Origin: Chiloscyllium plagiosum
Taxonomy: Eukaryota
Length of the DNA stretch: 36,717 nucleotides
Direction of reading: 5' to 3'
NCBI RefSeq assembly: GCF_004010195.1
Contig: NC_057755.1
Location: 3,167,197-3,203,913, forward strand
Program-made: the position numbers and the translations under genes
Part shown: piece after piece, positions 1 through 12,924 of the stretch
Numbering within the stretch: the stretch's first letter is position 1
Layout of the letters: each line of letters begins with the position of its first letter
The notes under the pieces: model-generated
What the model was told of the DNA's origin: nothing
The model's database searches: none
Seen by the model: the letters and a program-made list of their open reading frames with translations, nothing else

Positions 1-1014
1 CGAGGGGAATATCAGACAGGTTTGTGTGGGTGAGAGAGGAATATCAGACAGGATTTACGTGCAAGACCGAGGAATTCAGACAGGGTTTATGTGTGAGAGA
101 GGGGAATATCAGACAGGAGTTTATGTGTGAGAGACAGGAATATCAGATAGGGGTTTATGTGTGAGAGATAGGAATATCAGACAGGTTTGTGTGTGTGAGA
201 GAGGAATATCGCACAGGGTTTACGTGCGAAAGCGAGGAATATCAGACAAGGTTTATCTGTGAGAGACAGGAATATCAGTCAGGGGTGTATATGTGAGAGA
301 TATATCAGACAGAGATTTATGTGTGACGGTGAGAAATATCAGACAGGGGTTTGTGTGTGAGAGAGGAATATCAGTCAGGGTTTTATGGGTGAGAGACAGG
401 AATATCAGACAGGAGTGTATGTGTGAGAGACAGGAATATAAGACAGGGGTTTATGTGTGAGAGACAGGAATATCAGACAGGTGTTTGCGTGTGTTTGAGA
501 GGAATATCAGTCAGGGGTTTATGTGTGAGAGACAAGAATATCAGTCAGGGTTTATGCGTGAGAGACAGGAATATCAGTCAGGGGTTCATGTGTGAGAGAA
601 AGGAATATCAGACATAGGTTTATGTATGAGAGTGAGGAATGTCAGAAAGGATTTATGTGTGAGGGACAGGAATATCAGACAGGGGTTTCTGTGTGAGAGA
701 CAGGAATATCAGACAGGGGTTCATGTGTGAGACAGGAATATCAGACAGGAGTGTATGTGTGAGAGACAGGAATATCAGACAGGTGTTTGCGTGTGTGAGA
801 GGGGAATATCAGTCAGGGGTTTATTTGTGTGAGAGAGAGGAATATCAGACAGGGGTTTATATGAGAGACAGGAATATCAGGCAGTGGTTTCGGTGTGAGA
901 GAGAGGAATATCAGACAGTCTTTGTGTGTGAGAAAAAGGAATATCAGATATGGTTTCTGTGTGAGAGAGAGGAATATCAGACAGTGTTTACGAGTGAGAG
1001 AGAGGAATGTCAGA
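1..1014. repeat. ~34-bp minisatellite (GTGAGAGACAGGAATATCAGACAGGGGTTTATGT)
   Basis: About 30 imperfect tandem copies are visible; ORFs 423-1086 are repeat translations. Confidence 0.95.
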
Positions 1015-1199
1015 CATTCTGTAAAATGTGCATTTCAGCCTGACAGACATTTCTGCTGCGTAATGGAATGCTTTAGACATTGTTGAAGGCAAGTTATCTC
1101 TGATTGGGAACGGGCAGCCAGTGATAGCAAACCAGGTAGAATGAGCAACAGTTGAAACATGGGTGAAATTGGTATGGAGAAGAAATATTTGGTTCTTAC

Positions 1200-1310
1200 A
1201 CCAAAAATCTTCAGTTCTCTGCTGAAAAAAGAGTTCACAATCCTGAGACAGTCATTCTCCTCCTCGACTATATCTAAGTACAGTGTTGAAATGTTTCTGT
1301 ATTCAGGTAG
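1200..1310 (-). CDS. Internal 111-nt phase-0/0 coding exon of an unidentified gene (LPEYRNISTLYLDIVEEENDCLRIVNSFFSRELKIFG)
   Basis: Minus strand: acceptor cttaatcttccttttcttccag ending at 1311, donor gtaaga at 1199. 37 open codons, non-repetitive, same phase as the upstream microexons. Confidence 0.7.
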
Positions 1311-1838
1311 CTGGAAGAAAAGGAAGATTAAGCACATTTCAGGGGATTCCAAGGTACTTTGTAGTCAGCGAATGAATAAATGACTCACTGTAAGGGTAAA
1401 CAAATAAAAATTGTACATTTTAAACACAGCAATGTAAGATTTAAGCAGAGATAATCTTATTCAATGATGCAAGCTGAAAGAAAAATATTTGGCTCAGGAT
1501 TCAAGGAGAATCCATTTTTAACCTCTTTATGCAGGTCACTCAGTACAGAAGAACCATTGCACTGTTGGAAAGTCAGCACTGAGGGAGCGCTGCACTGTCA
1601 GAGGGTCAGTATTGAGGGAGAATCACACTGCCAGAGGGTCAGTACTGCGAGAGTACCGCACTGTCAGATGGTCAGTACTGAGGGAGTGCCACACTGTCAG
1701 AGGGTTGGTACTGAGGGAGTACCGCACTGTCGGAGGGTCAGTACTGAAGGAGCAACACACTGTCAGGGGGTCAGTAACGAACATGTTTAAAAAGTGCCAT
1801 GAGTCCACTTTGTGTGAACAAAGCTGTTTCCCACTCAC

Positions 1839-1880
1839 CTGACTTAAACTCTTAGTGTCAAGCCCGAACCTCGACCCAGT
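1839..1880 (-). CDS. 42-nt microexon TGSRFGLDTKSLSQ
   Basis: ctaacatccaaatgttttggtgatttcttttcag|ACT...CAG|gtgagt; only phase 0 is open. Confidence 0.75.
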
Positions 1881-2444
1881 CTGAAAAGAAATCACCAAAA
1901 CATTTGGATGTTAGCAGTGGCACTATTGCCAAATACACTGGAATTAATTTACTGAGAAAATGCAAAGGACGTAGTTATTTGGGACAATGTGATGGAGTGC
2001 TGCACTATTGAAGGGTCAGTACTCAGGGAGTGCCGCACTGTTGGAGAGTCAATACTGAGGGTGCGCCAAACTGTCTGAGGGTCGGTACTGCAAGAGTATC
2101 GTGCTCAGAGGATCAGTACTGAGGGAGCGCTGCACTGTCAAAGGGTCAGTACTGAGGGATCACTGCACTGTCAGAGGGTCAGTACTGAGGGAGGGTCACA
2201 CTGTCAGAGGATCAGTGCTGAGGGGGCGCTGCACTGTCAGAGGGTCAGTACTGAGGGAACACCACAGTGTCAGTGGGTCAGTACTGAGGGAATGCCGCAT
2301 TGTTGAAGGGTCAGTACCGAGAGAGTGCCGCACTGGCGGAGGGTCAGTACTGAGTGAGCGCTGCACTGTCAGAGGGTCAGTAATGAACATGTTCAGAAAG
2401 TGGCATGAGTCTACTTTGTGTGAACAAAGCTGTTTCCCACTCAC

Positions 2445-2486
2445 ATGAGTTAAACTCTTGCTGTCAAGCCCGAACCTCGACCCAGT
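2445..2486 (-). CDS. 42-nt microexon TGSRFGLDSKSLTH
   Basis: Same branch point and acceptor; donor CAT|gtgagt. Confidence 0.72.
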
Positions 2487-3183
2487 CTGAAAAGAAATCA
2501 CCAAAACATTTGGATGTTAGCAGTGGCACTGTTGCCAAATACACTGGAATTAAGTTACTGAGAAAATGCAAAGGATGTAGTTGTTTGGGACAATGTGATG
2601 AAGTGCTGCACTATAGAGAGTCAGTGATCAGGGAGTGCAGCACTGTTGGAGAGTCAATACTGAGGGAGTGCCACACTGTCAGAGGGTCAGCACTGCGAGA
2701 GTACAGCACTGTCAGAGGTTCCGTCCTGAGGGAACACCACACTGTCAGAGGATCAGTACTGAGGGGACGTTGCACTGTCAGAGGGTCAGTGCTGAGGGAA
2801 CACTGCACTGTCAGAGGGTCAGTGCTATGGCAACACTGCACTGTCAGAGAGTCAGTACTGAGGGGGCGCTGCACTGTCAGCAGGTCAGTACTGAGGGAGT
2901 GCTGCACTGTCAGAGGATCAGTACTGAGGGGGCGCTGCACTGTCAGAGGGTCAGTACTGAGGGGGCGCTGCACTGTCAGCGGGTCAGTACTGAGGGAATG
3001 CCGCACAGTTGGAGGGTAGGTACTGAGGGAATGCCGCACTGTTGAAGGGTCAGTATCGAGGGAGTGCCGCATTGGCGGAGGGTCAGTACTGAGTGAGCGC
3101 TGCACTGTCAAAGGGTCAGTAATGAACACGTTTAGAATGTGCCATGAGTCTACTTCTTGTTAACAAAGCTGCTTCCCACTCAC

Positions 3184-3225
3184 CTGAGTTAAAGTCTTTC
3201 TGTCAATGCCTAACCTCGACTCTGT
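3184..3225 (-). CDS. 42-nt microexon TESRLGIDRKTLTQ
   Basis: CTAAC branch point, ttttcag acceptor, CAG|gtgagt donor. Confidence 0.75.
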
Positions 3226-3926
3226 CTGAAAAGAAATCACCAAAACATTTGGATGTTAGCAGTGGCACTGTTGCCAAATACACTGGAATTAATTTACTGA
3301 GAAAATGCAAAGGATGCAGTTGTTTGGGACAATGTGATGGAGTGCTGCACTACTGGAGAGTTAGTACTGATGGAGTGCTGCACTGTTGGAGAGTCAGTAC
3401 TGAGAGAATGCTGCAGTGTCCCAGGATCAACACTGAAAGAAAGCTGCACTGTCAGCGGATCCCAGGATCAATACTGAAAGAAAGCTGCACTGTCAGCGGA
3501 TCAGTACTGAGGAAGCATCGCACCAGCGAAGGGTCTACACTAAGAGAGCTCTGTGCTATTGGAAGAATTATACTGCAGGAATGCAGCATTTTCAAGCAGC
3601 AATAGGTGCTGCACTGTCAGAGGGTCATTACTGAGGGCATACTGCCCTGTTTCAAAGGTGGGGGCAGTACTGAAGGAGCAAAGCACCATTGGGGGCAGTA
3701 CTGACAGCACACAGGTGGTCCATTATGAGGCACCTACACTCTTTTGGGAGGCATGACTAAGGGATAGCTGCAATGTCAATGGTGTCACAATCAGATTAGA
3801 TACTAAAAGAGACCGTCTGACTCCTTTCAGTGTGCTTCTTATAGTCATGTTGGGAAACATAATGGATAATTTGTGTACAGCAAGATCCCTCAAACAGCAT
3901 CATGACAAAAGTTCAGAAAGTGCAAT

Positions 3927-6500
3927 AGAATATAGAACATTACAGTGTAGTAGTACAGGCCCTTCAGCCCTCGATGTTGCACTGACTATCTGAAGCCCAC
4001 CTAATCTACACTATTCCATTCTCATCTAGCCATCACCATCTGAGAAAAAGGCTCTCACTACCCAAACCTCTGATTATCTTATACATCTCAATTAACTCAC
4101 CTCTCAACCTTCTTCTCTCTAACAAAAACAGCCTCAAGTCCCTCAGCCTTTCCTCGTAAGACCTTCCCTCCATATCAGGCTCCATCCTATTAAATCTCCT
4201 CTGAACCATTTCCAAAGCTTCCACATCCTTCCTATGATGTGGTGACCAGAACTGTACATAATACACCAAACGTGGCCGCACCAGAGTTTTGTACTGCTGC
4301 AGCATAATCTCATGTTACCGAAACTCAATCCCTCTACCAATAAACACACCATATGCCTTCTTAACAACCTTATCAACTGGGTGGCAACTTTCAAGGATCT
4401 ATGTATCTGGATGCAGAGATCTTTCTGCTCATCTCCACTGCCAAGAATCTTACCCTTAGACCAATATTCCGCATTCCTGTCACTTCTTCCAAAGTGAATC
4501 ATCTCTCACTTTTCCATATTAAACTCCATTTGCCACTTCTCAGCCCAGCTCTGCAGCTTATCTATGTCTCCCTGAAATCCACAACTCTACCGACCTTAGT
4601 GTAATCCGCAAATTTACTAATCCATCCTTCTCTGCCCTCATCCAGGTCATTTATAAAAATGACAAACAACAGTGGACCCAAAACAGATCCTTGCGGCACA
4701 CCACTGGCAATTGAACTCCAGGATAAATATTTCCCATCAACCACCACCCTTTGTCTTCTTTTAGCAAGGCAATTTCTGATCCAAACCGCTGAATCACCCT
4801 CAAACCCATGCCTCCATGTTTTGTGCAATAGCTTACCGTGGGGAACCTTATTCAAAAGCCTTTACTGAAATCCATACACACCACATTATTGAGATTTATG
4901 AGAATGTGACCAAACAGGTGGATGAGGGTAAAGCAGTTAAAGTTTGTGAGGCACGACCTACCCTTCGCGTGTTGACTATCTCTAATCAACTTATTCATCT
5001 CTAGATGATTATAAATCCTATCTCTTATAACCCTTCCGACACTTGACCTACAACCAAACTATGGTTCATGGGTCTACAATTTCCAGGGTTGTCTCGACTC
5101 CTCTTCTTGAACAAGGGAACAGTATTTGCTATCCTCCAGTCTTCTGGCACTATTCCCATAGACAATGATGACAAAGATGAAAGCCAAAGGCTTGGCAACC
5201 TCTTTCCTGGCTTTTCATAGAATCCTAGGATAAATCCCATGTGGTCCAGTGGACTTATCTATTTTCAGACTTTGCAGAATTGCTAACACCTCCTCCTTAT
5301 GCACCTTAATCCCATCTAGTCTAGTAGCAAGTATCCCAATATTCCCCTCAACCACATTGTCTTTTTCTAGTATGAATACTGACAAAAAGTATTCATTTCA
5401 CACTTTATCTCCTCAGCTCCACGCACAACTTCCTACTACTACGCTTGAATGTCCCTAACCTTACTCTAGTCATTCTTTTATTCCTTATATACCTGTAGAA
5501 ATCCTTACGGTTCTCCTTGATCTTATCCACCAACAACTTCTCATGTCTCCTCCTGGCTCTTCTCAGCTCTCTTTAGGTCTTTCCTGGCTAACTTGTAACT
5601 CTCAAGCGCCCTAACTGAGCCTTCATATCTCATCCTAACATAAGCCTTCTTCTTCCTCTTGAAAAGAGATTCGACTTCCTTAGTAAACCACAGCTCCTGC
5701 GCTCGACAACGATCTCCCTGCCTGACCGGTACACACTTACCAAGGAGCCGCAGTAGCTGGTCCTTCAATAAGCTCCACATTTCAATTGTGCCCATCTCCT
5801 GCAGTTTCCTTCCCCATCCTATGCATCCTAAATCTTACCTAATCGCATTGTAACTGCCTTTCCCCCAGTATAACTTTTGCCCTGTGGTATGTACGTCATC
5901 TTTTCCATTACTAAAGTAAACATTATTGAATCATGGTCACTATCACCAAAGTGCTCACCTATCTCCAAATCTAACACCTAACCAGGTTCATTACCCAGAA
6001 ACAATTCTAATGTGGCCTTGCTCTTTGTTGGCCTGTCTACATACTGTGTCAGGAAACTCTCCTGCACACATTGAACAAAAACTGACCTATCTAAAGTACT
6101 TGAACTACAGTATTCCCAGTCAATATTTGCAAAGTTAAAGTCTCCCATAACAACTACCCTGTTACTCTCACTCCTATCAAGGATCATCTTCACTATCCTA
6201 CCCTCGACATCTCGAACTATTTGGAGGCCTATAGAAAACTCCCAACAAGGTAACCTCTCCTTTCCTGTTTCTAATCTCAGCCCATACTATCTCAGTAGGA
6301 GAGTCCTCAAATGTCCTTTCTGCAACTGTATTACTGCCCTTGTCTCAAAGTGCCACACCACCCCCTCGTTTACCATTTTCTCTGTTCTTACTGAAATATC
6401 TAAATCCCAGAACCTGCTCTACCCATGTCTCTGAAGTGGCCACAACATCAAAATCTCAGGTACCAACCCATGCTGCAAGTTTACCCACCTCATTCCGGAC
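3927..6500 (-). mobile_element. CR1-clade LINE, 5'-truncated and degenerate (ORF2 endonuclease plus reverse transcriptase)
   Basis: Minus-strand ORF pieces GVPQGSVLGPLLFVIFINDLD...ISKFAD, VPEDWRIAN, VVVMGDFNFANIDW, RPRLVYYVQFWSPH. Flanked by gcaat at 3922-3926 and 6501-6505 (possible TSD). Confidence 0.93.
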
Positions 6501-6543
6501 GCAATGAGTCTACTTTGTGTTCACAAAGCCTTTTCCCACTCAC

Positions 6544-6585
6544 CTGAGTTAAAGTCTTTCTGTCAAGGCCTAACCTCGACTCTGT
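6544..6585 (-). CDS. 42-nt microexon TESRLGLDRKTLTQ
   Basis: CTAAC branch point, ttttcag acceptor, CAG|gtgagt donor. Confidence 0.75.
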
Positions 6586-6794
6586 CTGAAAAGAAATCAT
6601 CCAAACATCTGGATGTTAGCACTGTTACTGTTGCCAAATACACTGGAATTAATTTACTGAGAAAATGCGAACGATGTAGTTGTTTGGGACATTGTGAGGT
6701 TACTATGTTGCCTGCCAGTCACATGTACATGTTAACTGTTAACATGGGAATTCCTGCACATGTGAGATTCACAGTAGGAATTAATCAAAGTGAT

Positions 6795-6975
6795 CTACGA
6801 ATATCATCCATTGCGTTACCTGTCTACTGCTTTTGTCACGTATTCAAAAAACGTTGTCATGTTTGTCAGGAATGACATACCCTTCCTGAATCTATGCTGA
6901 CACATCCTGATTAACTGAAACTGTTTGGGCTGATGAGTTACCCTACCCTTGATGATAGACTCCAACAATTTCCCC
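6795..6975 (-). mobile_element. Short CR1 LINE RT fragment
   Basis: Translation GKLLESIIKGRV...QHRFRKGMSFLTNMTTFFEYVTKAVDR resembles the CR1 QHGF..GRSCLTNL motif. Confidence 0.8.
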
Positions 6976-7559
6976 AGTGCAAATTGTGGCAGTACAGAGG
7001 GACAGCTGCACAGGCAGGAGGTCAGTACAGAGGGAATACTGCACTCTCTGGCTGCAATATACAGAGAATACTGCAGTGTCAAGGGACAGCAAAGAGAGAC
7101 TATGGCACAATTTGGGGGTAAGTCCAGAGGTTGGGTGCACCTTCAGGAGTCAGTGCTGGGGGACTGCTGCACTATTAGTGGGGTAGTACACGTTACATGC
7201 TGCATCACTAGGGGTGAGTACTGAGACAGCAAACTCAAGGATTCTGCACTGAGATCACTACGCTGTTTTCAGACGTATGGTTAAGAGTGAGCTGCAATCT
7301 CAACCATGTCACTGTCCAGCGAGATGTTAAACTAAGTCTCTGTTCTCTTTTAGTGTACGGCCACTGTTCTCATGTAGGGAAATACAATGGCCCATTTGTG
7401 CAGCGCAAGATCCATTAAATAACACGATGATAAACGAGCACTTTCAGAAAGCAACTACACTAGGGCGACTTTTCTTTCTTGGTAAGGCCTCTTCCCTCTC
7501 ATCGGATGTATACTCTCCCTCAGCATGTTGCAATGTCTGGGTCAAATGCGCAGAGCGAG

Positions 7560-8574
7560 TGTAATGACATGGGGTAAACTCTCCTGCTTAATTTAAAACC
7601 AGCAACACAGAAAAGATTTATCCCATGTAGTAATCTGTAAACTTCGAGTGGCCAAGAACTATTTAAAGTAAAAATAACAACTTTATTTCTTAAATTATAG
7701 CAGAGAATAATTAACTAATAATTATTTACAAGTCCTTACTCTAACCTATCTTTTACCTTCCCTTCTATATTAGTAGTCTGATTAAACTCCCGATTATAAT
7801 TTACAAAACAAAACGCCTGATTAAAAACCAGGCAGCTTTCATTCTACTCTGTATTTCGGTCTTTTCTTCTGCTTGGGAATACTGTTTCACAGGTGACTGA
7901 TCGATAAAGGGACCTTTTAAGAGAATGATTTTCTGGACAATGCGCAGATGTTATTGGCTTGGCAGTTCTCCTCTCAATTATTTAATTTTCCCCAGTCTTG
8001 TACCCCCCCACCCCCAAAGCATCAGATTGTGTCATTGGCTTTTAAGATTGTCAATATACTCAATTCAAACTGGATCTGGGTATAATTTAAACTGATGGGC
8101 CTAATTTGAATCTGTTTTGTCATGGGCGGCACGGTGGCACAGTGGTTAGCACTACTGCCTCACAGCGCCAGAGATCCAGGATCAATTCCCGCCTCAGGGG
8201 ACTGACTGTGTGGAGTTTGCATGTTCTCCCCGTGTCTGCGTGGGTTTCCTCCGGGTGCTCCGGTTTCCTCCCACAGTCACAAAGATGCGCAGGTTAGGTG
8301 AATTGGCCATGCTAAATTCCCGAAGTGTTAGGTAAGGGGTAAATGTAAGGGGTAAATGTAGGGGTATGGGTGGGTTGCGCTTCGGCGGGGCGGTGTGGAC
8401 TTGGTGGGCCGAAGGGCCTGTTTCCACAATGTAAGTAATCTAATCATCTAGTCATTTCCAGGCAGCCAGCTAATTTAGCTTTCGACCAAGTGTTACATTG
8501 TTACCTCATTGAGAACGCTTGGTACTGTCAAGTAACTCTCTTAAAGGTACAGTACACCCTACATCTTCGTAACA
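7560..8574. mobile_element. Probable solo LTR containing a nested SINE
   Basis: Termini tgtaatga...tcgtaaca (TG..CA, short inverted ends); flanks gcgag/gggag; homologous to 22024-22738. Confidence 0.65.
8124..8446 (+). mobile_element. tRNA-derived HE1 / V-SINE family SINE
   Basis: A-box tggcacagtggttagc, B-box-like gatcaattccc, V-domain tgtgtggagtttgcatgttctccccgtgtctgcgtgggtttcctccggg, (taatc)n tail. Confidence 0.9.
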
Positions 8575-8863
8575 GGGAGTGCTAGACCATTAGGGGTGCA
8601 GGACAGAGAGGGTGCTGCACTGTCAGGGGTCCAGTGCTGAGATAGCAAACTCAGGCAGCTACAATGTTGATGGTGTCACTGTCACACGAAATCTGAATCC
8701 CAGGTTCTGTCTGCCCTCTATCACATTGCAGTCCATGATCAACATAACGTTCAATTTCTGATGAGAATGGTCTCTCAAATAACTTTATGATGAATGAGCA
8801 CTTTCAGAAAACAGGGACGTAAGGCTGACCAACCTGTCTTGGTAAAAGCCAATTCCTCTTTAC

Positions 8864-8899
8864 TGAATCTGAGAACTTCAACAAAATATCTGAGCCAAC
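8864..8899 (-). CDS. 36-nt microexon variant VGSDILLKFSDS (weak splice signals)
   Basis: tttgtttccag acceptor, gtaaag donor, 12 open codons; branch region replaced by a LINE fragment. Confidence 0.35.
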
Positions 8900-9878
8900 C
8901 TGGAAACAAATCATCTATCACTCTGTGTAAAAACCTTGCCCAAAAATATTCTTTGAACTTTACCCCCTCACCTTAAATTGAGTATGAGACATTTCAGGTC
9001 TGAGAGGATGCAGCATAGTCTGGAAAGAAATGAAGAAAACATTTGGATGTTAGCAGTCTCACTGTTGCTAAACACATTAAAATTAATTTACTGAGAAAAA
9101 CTCAAGGATACAGTAATTCAGGATTCTGGGAAGTTACCATGTAGCCTGCCAGTCACAGCTAAGAACTACATGGCAACCTGTGAACACAGGAAATCATTAT
9201 TACACCTAACATTCATAAAGATGCGCAAGACACAATCATGAATCTTAAAACCCAGGAAGCCATTCAGCACTCAACTGCACCATGGTGGCAGTGCAGAGGG
9301 AGTCAGCAAAGAGTGCATGCAGCTGTGTTGGCGGCAGCATAGAACAAGTGTTGCACCATCAGGAAGGTCTATACACAGGGAGTGTGCACAGTCAGGGAGG
9401 ACTCGACACAAGGAGTGTTGTACCAGAGAGACTGTATAGAGGGAATCCTGCACCAGAGACACTGTACAGAGTGAGTGCTGTACTATCAGGAAGTACTGTA
9501 CACAGGGAGTATTGCACCAGAGATAATGCATACAGGGAATCCTGCCCCATGGACACTGTACAGAGTGAGTGATGCACGAGCAGAGACACTGTACAGGGGG
9601 CAAAGGGCTGTACCATCAGAGAGAGCTTTACAGTGCAAGTGCTGCATCATCAGAGACCCTGTACCGAGGGAGTGCCGAACTGTCAGGGAGGACTGTATAG
9701 AGGGAGTGCCACACCATCTGTCTGCCCTCTATCACTACGCAGTCCCTGTTGTCATGTGATCAACATAACAACCAATTTCTGTACAGAATGATCTCTCAAA
9801 TAATATTGCGGTGAAAGAGCACTTTCAGAAAACAGGTATGTAAGGCTGACTAACTGGTAAAAGTTGATTCGCCCTTAC

Positions 9879-9914
9879 CGAAGCTATGAACTTCACCGAA
9901 ATGTCTGAGTCAAC
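9879..9914 (-). CDS. 36-nt microexon VDSDISVKFIAS
   Basis: ttaac branch point, gatttgttttcag acceptor, TCG|gtaagg donor. Confidence 0.6.
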
Positions 9915-10066
9915 CTGAAAACAAATCACCAAAACATTTGCATGTTAACAATGTCACTGCTGCCAAATGCACTAGAATGAATTAACTGAGAAAACGGTGA
10001 AGGTGTGATAGTCAGGACCCCATGAGATATGCTGCCTGTTAGTCACAGCTAAAAACAGCACGGCTG

Positions 10067-12924
10067 CATACAACATAGAACAGTATAGCACAGGAACAGG
10101 CCCTGTTCATGCTTAACATGACACCAAATTAAACAAGTTCCTGCTGCCTATCCTGGCCAATATCCCTACATCCCTTGCTTATTCACGGGTTTATCTAAAA
10201 GCCATTTAAACACCTCTGTCATATCTGTTTCTATCATTACTTCTGGCAGCGTTCCAAGCACCTATCACTCTGTGTAAACATTTTGCCCAAACACATTCTT
10301 TGAGCTTTCCCCCCCTCTCCCCCTCACTTCAAATTCATGCTCTTTAGTACGAAACATTTCAACTTTGGGATAAAAATTCTGACCGTCAAACCTATTAATG
10401 CATCATAATTTAATAAACTTCTAACAGCTCTCCCCTTAGCCTCTGCCCTCCAGAGAAAATAACCGTAGTCTGCCAGCCACTTCTGAGAGCTCATACCCTC
10501 TAATCTGGGCAGCATCCTGATACACCTCTTCTGCACGCTTTCCAAGGCCTCCACATCCTTCCTGTAGTTTGGCAATCCCACACTTTCCACCTTGGTCCTT
10601 CCAACTCACTAGAACATGCCGGCCCTGAATTCTGATTAGGAGAATTTTAAACAATTCCCACATGTGAAATGTAGACTTGCCCAATAGCAGCTCCTCCCAA
10701 TTAACACTCCCGAGCTTCTGGCTAATACTGTTATAATTTTCCCTCCCCCAATTTAGTACCTTCCCGCAAGGTCCTGATTTATCATTATTCATAACTGTCT
10801 TAAAACTTGAGGAGCTGTTTCCAAAATGCTGCCCCACTGGAAGATTAGTCACCTGGCCAGGCTCATTTGCCAACACAAGATCCAGTATGACCCCTCCTCT
10901 AGTTGGACTATCCATATTCTGTTTTACAAATTCAGCTTGCATATACCTAACAAATCTGTCCCATCTAAGCTTCTTGCTGTGAGGGAGTCACAGTCAATTT
11001 CACAGGAGTTAAAGTCACCCACTATGGCAAACCTGTTATTTTGGCATTATTCTATAATCCACCTATATATCTGTTCCTCAATGTCCCGGTGACTGTTGGC
11101 AGCCCTATAGTGTAATGCCATCAGAGTGATTTCACCTTTCCTATTTTTGAGCTCTACCCATATTGCCATGGTGGATGACCCCAGCAATATGTCCTCTCTG
11201 ACTACAACTGTGACATTCTCCCTGATTAATAATACAACTCTCCATCTTCTTTTACTTTCTTCTCTATCTCGTCTAAAACATCGAAACCCTGGAACACTGC
11301 CCAGGCCTGTCCTGTCCCTCTCTGAAACCAAGTCCCTGTAATGGCCACAACATGAACTGATGTCTTATGTCATGATCCAGGCTCTAAGCTCATCTGCCTC
11401 AGCCAAAATACTCTTGCACTGAGAAATAAACACAATCAAACCCCTAGCCCCACTGTGTTCATTAACTGTGTCCCTGTCTATTCTTCCTTTCAGACTTATT
11501 GATCATTATAACTGTCTTCCCCTCAATCTCTCAACTTGCTGCCCTGGTTCCCACCCCCCGCCACTCGAGTTTAAAGAGTAGTCCTTTGAGGATACTGGTT
11601 CCCCTCATATTAGGTACAACCCATCCCTCCTATACAGGTCACTCCTGTCCCAGAAGAGGTCCCACTGATTCAAGAACATGCAACCCTGTACCAGTGCCTT
11701 TGCCATGCACTTATCTGTCTTATTTTCCTGTTTTGACACTCACTAGCGGATGGCATCAGAAGTATTCCAGAGATTACAATCTTTGAGGTCTTGCTTTAAC
11801 CTGCTGCTAACTCCCTGAACTCTTGGTGTAAGACTTTATTCCTCACTTTGCCCGTAACATTGGTACCAACATATACCACAATGAATAGGGTAAATACACA
11901 AGGCTTTTTCCCCTGGGGTGAGGGAGTCCAGAACTAGAGGGCATAGGTTTAGGGTGAGACAGAAAAGATATAAAAGACCTAAGGGGCAACTTTTTCACTC
12001 CAAGGGTAGAAAGGGCTGCCAGAGGAAGTGGTGGAGGCTGGTACAATTGCAACATTTAAGAGGCATCTGGATGGGTATATGATTAGGAAGGGTTTGGAGG
12101 GATATCGGCCGGGTGCTGGCAGGTGGGACTAGTTTGGGTTGGGATATCTGGTCGGCATGGACGGGTTGGACAGAAGGGCCTGTTTCCGTGCTGTACATCT
12201 CTATGACTCTAAAACCTCGAACTCATCACCTTCTCCTTTAATGATGCCGTGCAGCCATTCAGTGGCATCCTTGACCCTGGCTCCAGGGAGACAACACACT
12301 CACCTGCAGTCTTGACTTTGAATGCAGAAATGCCTTTCTGCTCCCCTGACGAAAGAATCTTCCATCATTACCGCTCTTCCTTTCCTCTTCCTCCCACCAG
12401 TTTGTAAGTGGGACTCCGGTAGACTGCTGCACTACCTATCTGTTCTTTCAGGGCTGTCTGATGGTCACCACCCATTCCCTTCCTTCCTCTAGGCCCTTGA
12501 GCTGTGGTGTGACCTCTCTAAACTTGCTACCCACATAACTCTCAGCCTCGAGAATGTGGCATGGGAGCTAAGAGATTATGAGCTCCAGCTTCTGCAAATG
12601 GGAACCCTTCCTCCACGTGTGGTCACCCAGGACACAGACAGCATCCAGGTCTCTCCACATGTGACAAGCTGTATATTCCACTTGGCTGGCCTCTCCTGAC
12701 ATCTCTTACATTTATAATTATCCCTTTAGACTGGAACAAAGTTTTACAACACCTTCAGCTGGTGAAAAACAGTCCCTATTGTCAATTACTCACTAACCAA
12801 TCAGATTACCATGCTTTCCTGGGACATCTATCTTCTGTGTTATCCAAACTCTCAATCCCGCTCCCCCCTTACCAATTCCGTAGTTTCTGCCATCCCACTG
12901 GTCCCGGGGTAAGTCCTTGTAGGT
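10067..12924 (-). mobile_element. Internally deleted CR1 LINE (ORF1 remnant, EN domain, 3' end)
   Basis: Minus-strand ORFs SPTRGGVILDLVLANEPGQV and IWVELKNRKGEITLMALHYR; degenerate CxxCxMW..DH ORF1 motif at ~12620-12680. The host repeat unit resumes at 12925. Confidence 0.85.
11881..12210 (+). mobile_element. CR1 LINE 3' end nested in opposite orientation
   Basis: Near-identical to 15685-16020; ends in the ctctatgactct tail. Confidence 0.88.

Larger units (their letters stand above)
1535..3700. repeat. 33-bp minisatellite blocks (ACTGAGGGAGYGCTGCACTGTCAGAGGGTCAGT) inside the introns of the first repeat units
   Basis: Tandem arrays at ~1535-1780, ~1995-2385, ~2600-3125 and ~3340-3700, separated by exon-bearing spacers. 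Confidence 0.9.

Noticed and set aside
1..3700. CRISPR-like repeat arrays
   Set aside because: Eukaryotic context, head-to-tail repeats without unique spacers, no cas genes
8124..8195. tRNA gene
   Set aside because: It is the tRNA-derived head of an HE1/V-SINE, followed by the SINE body and tail
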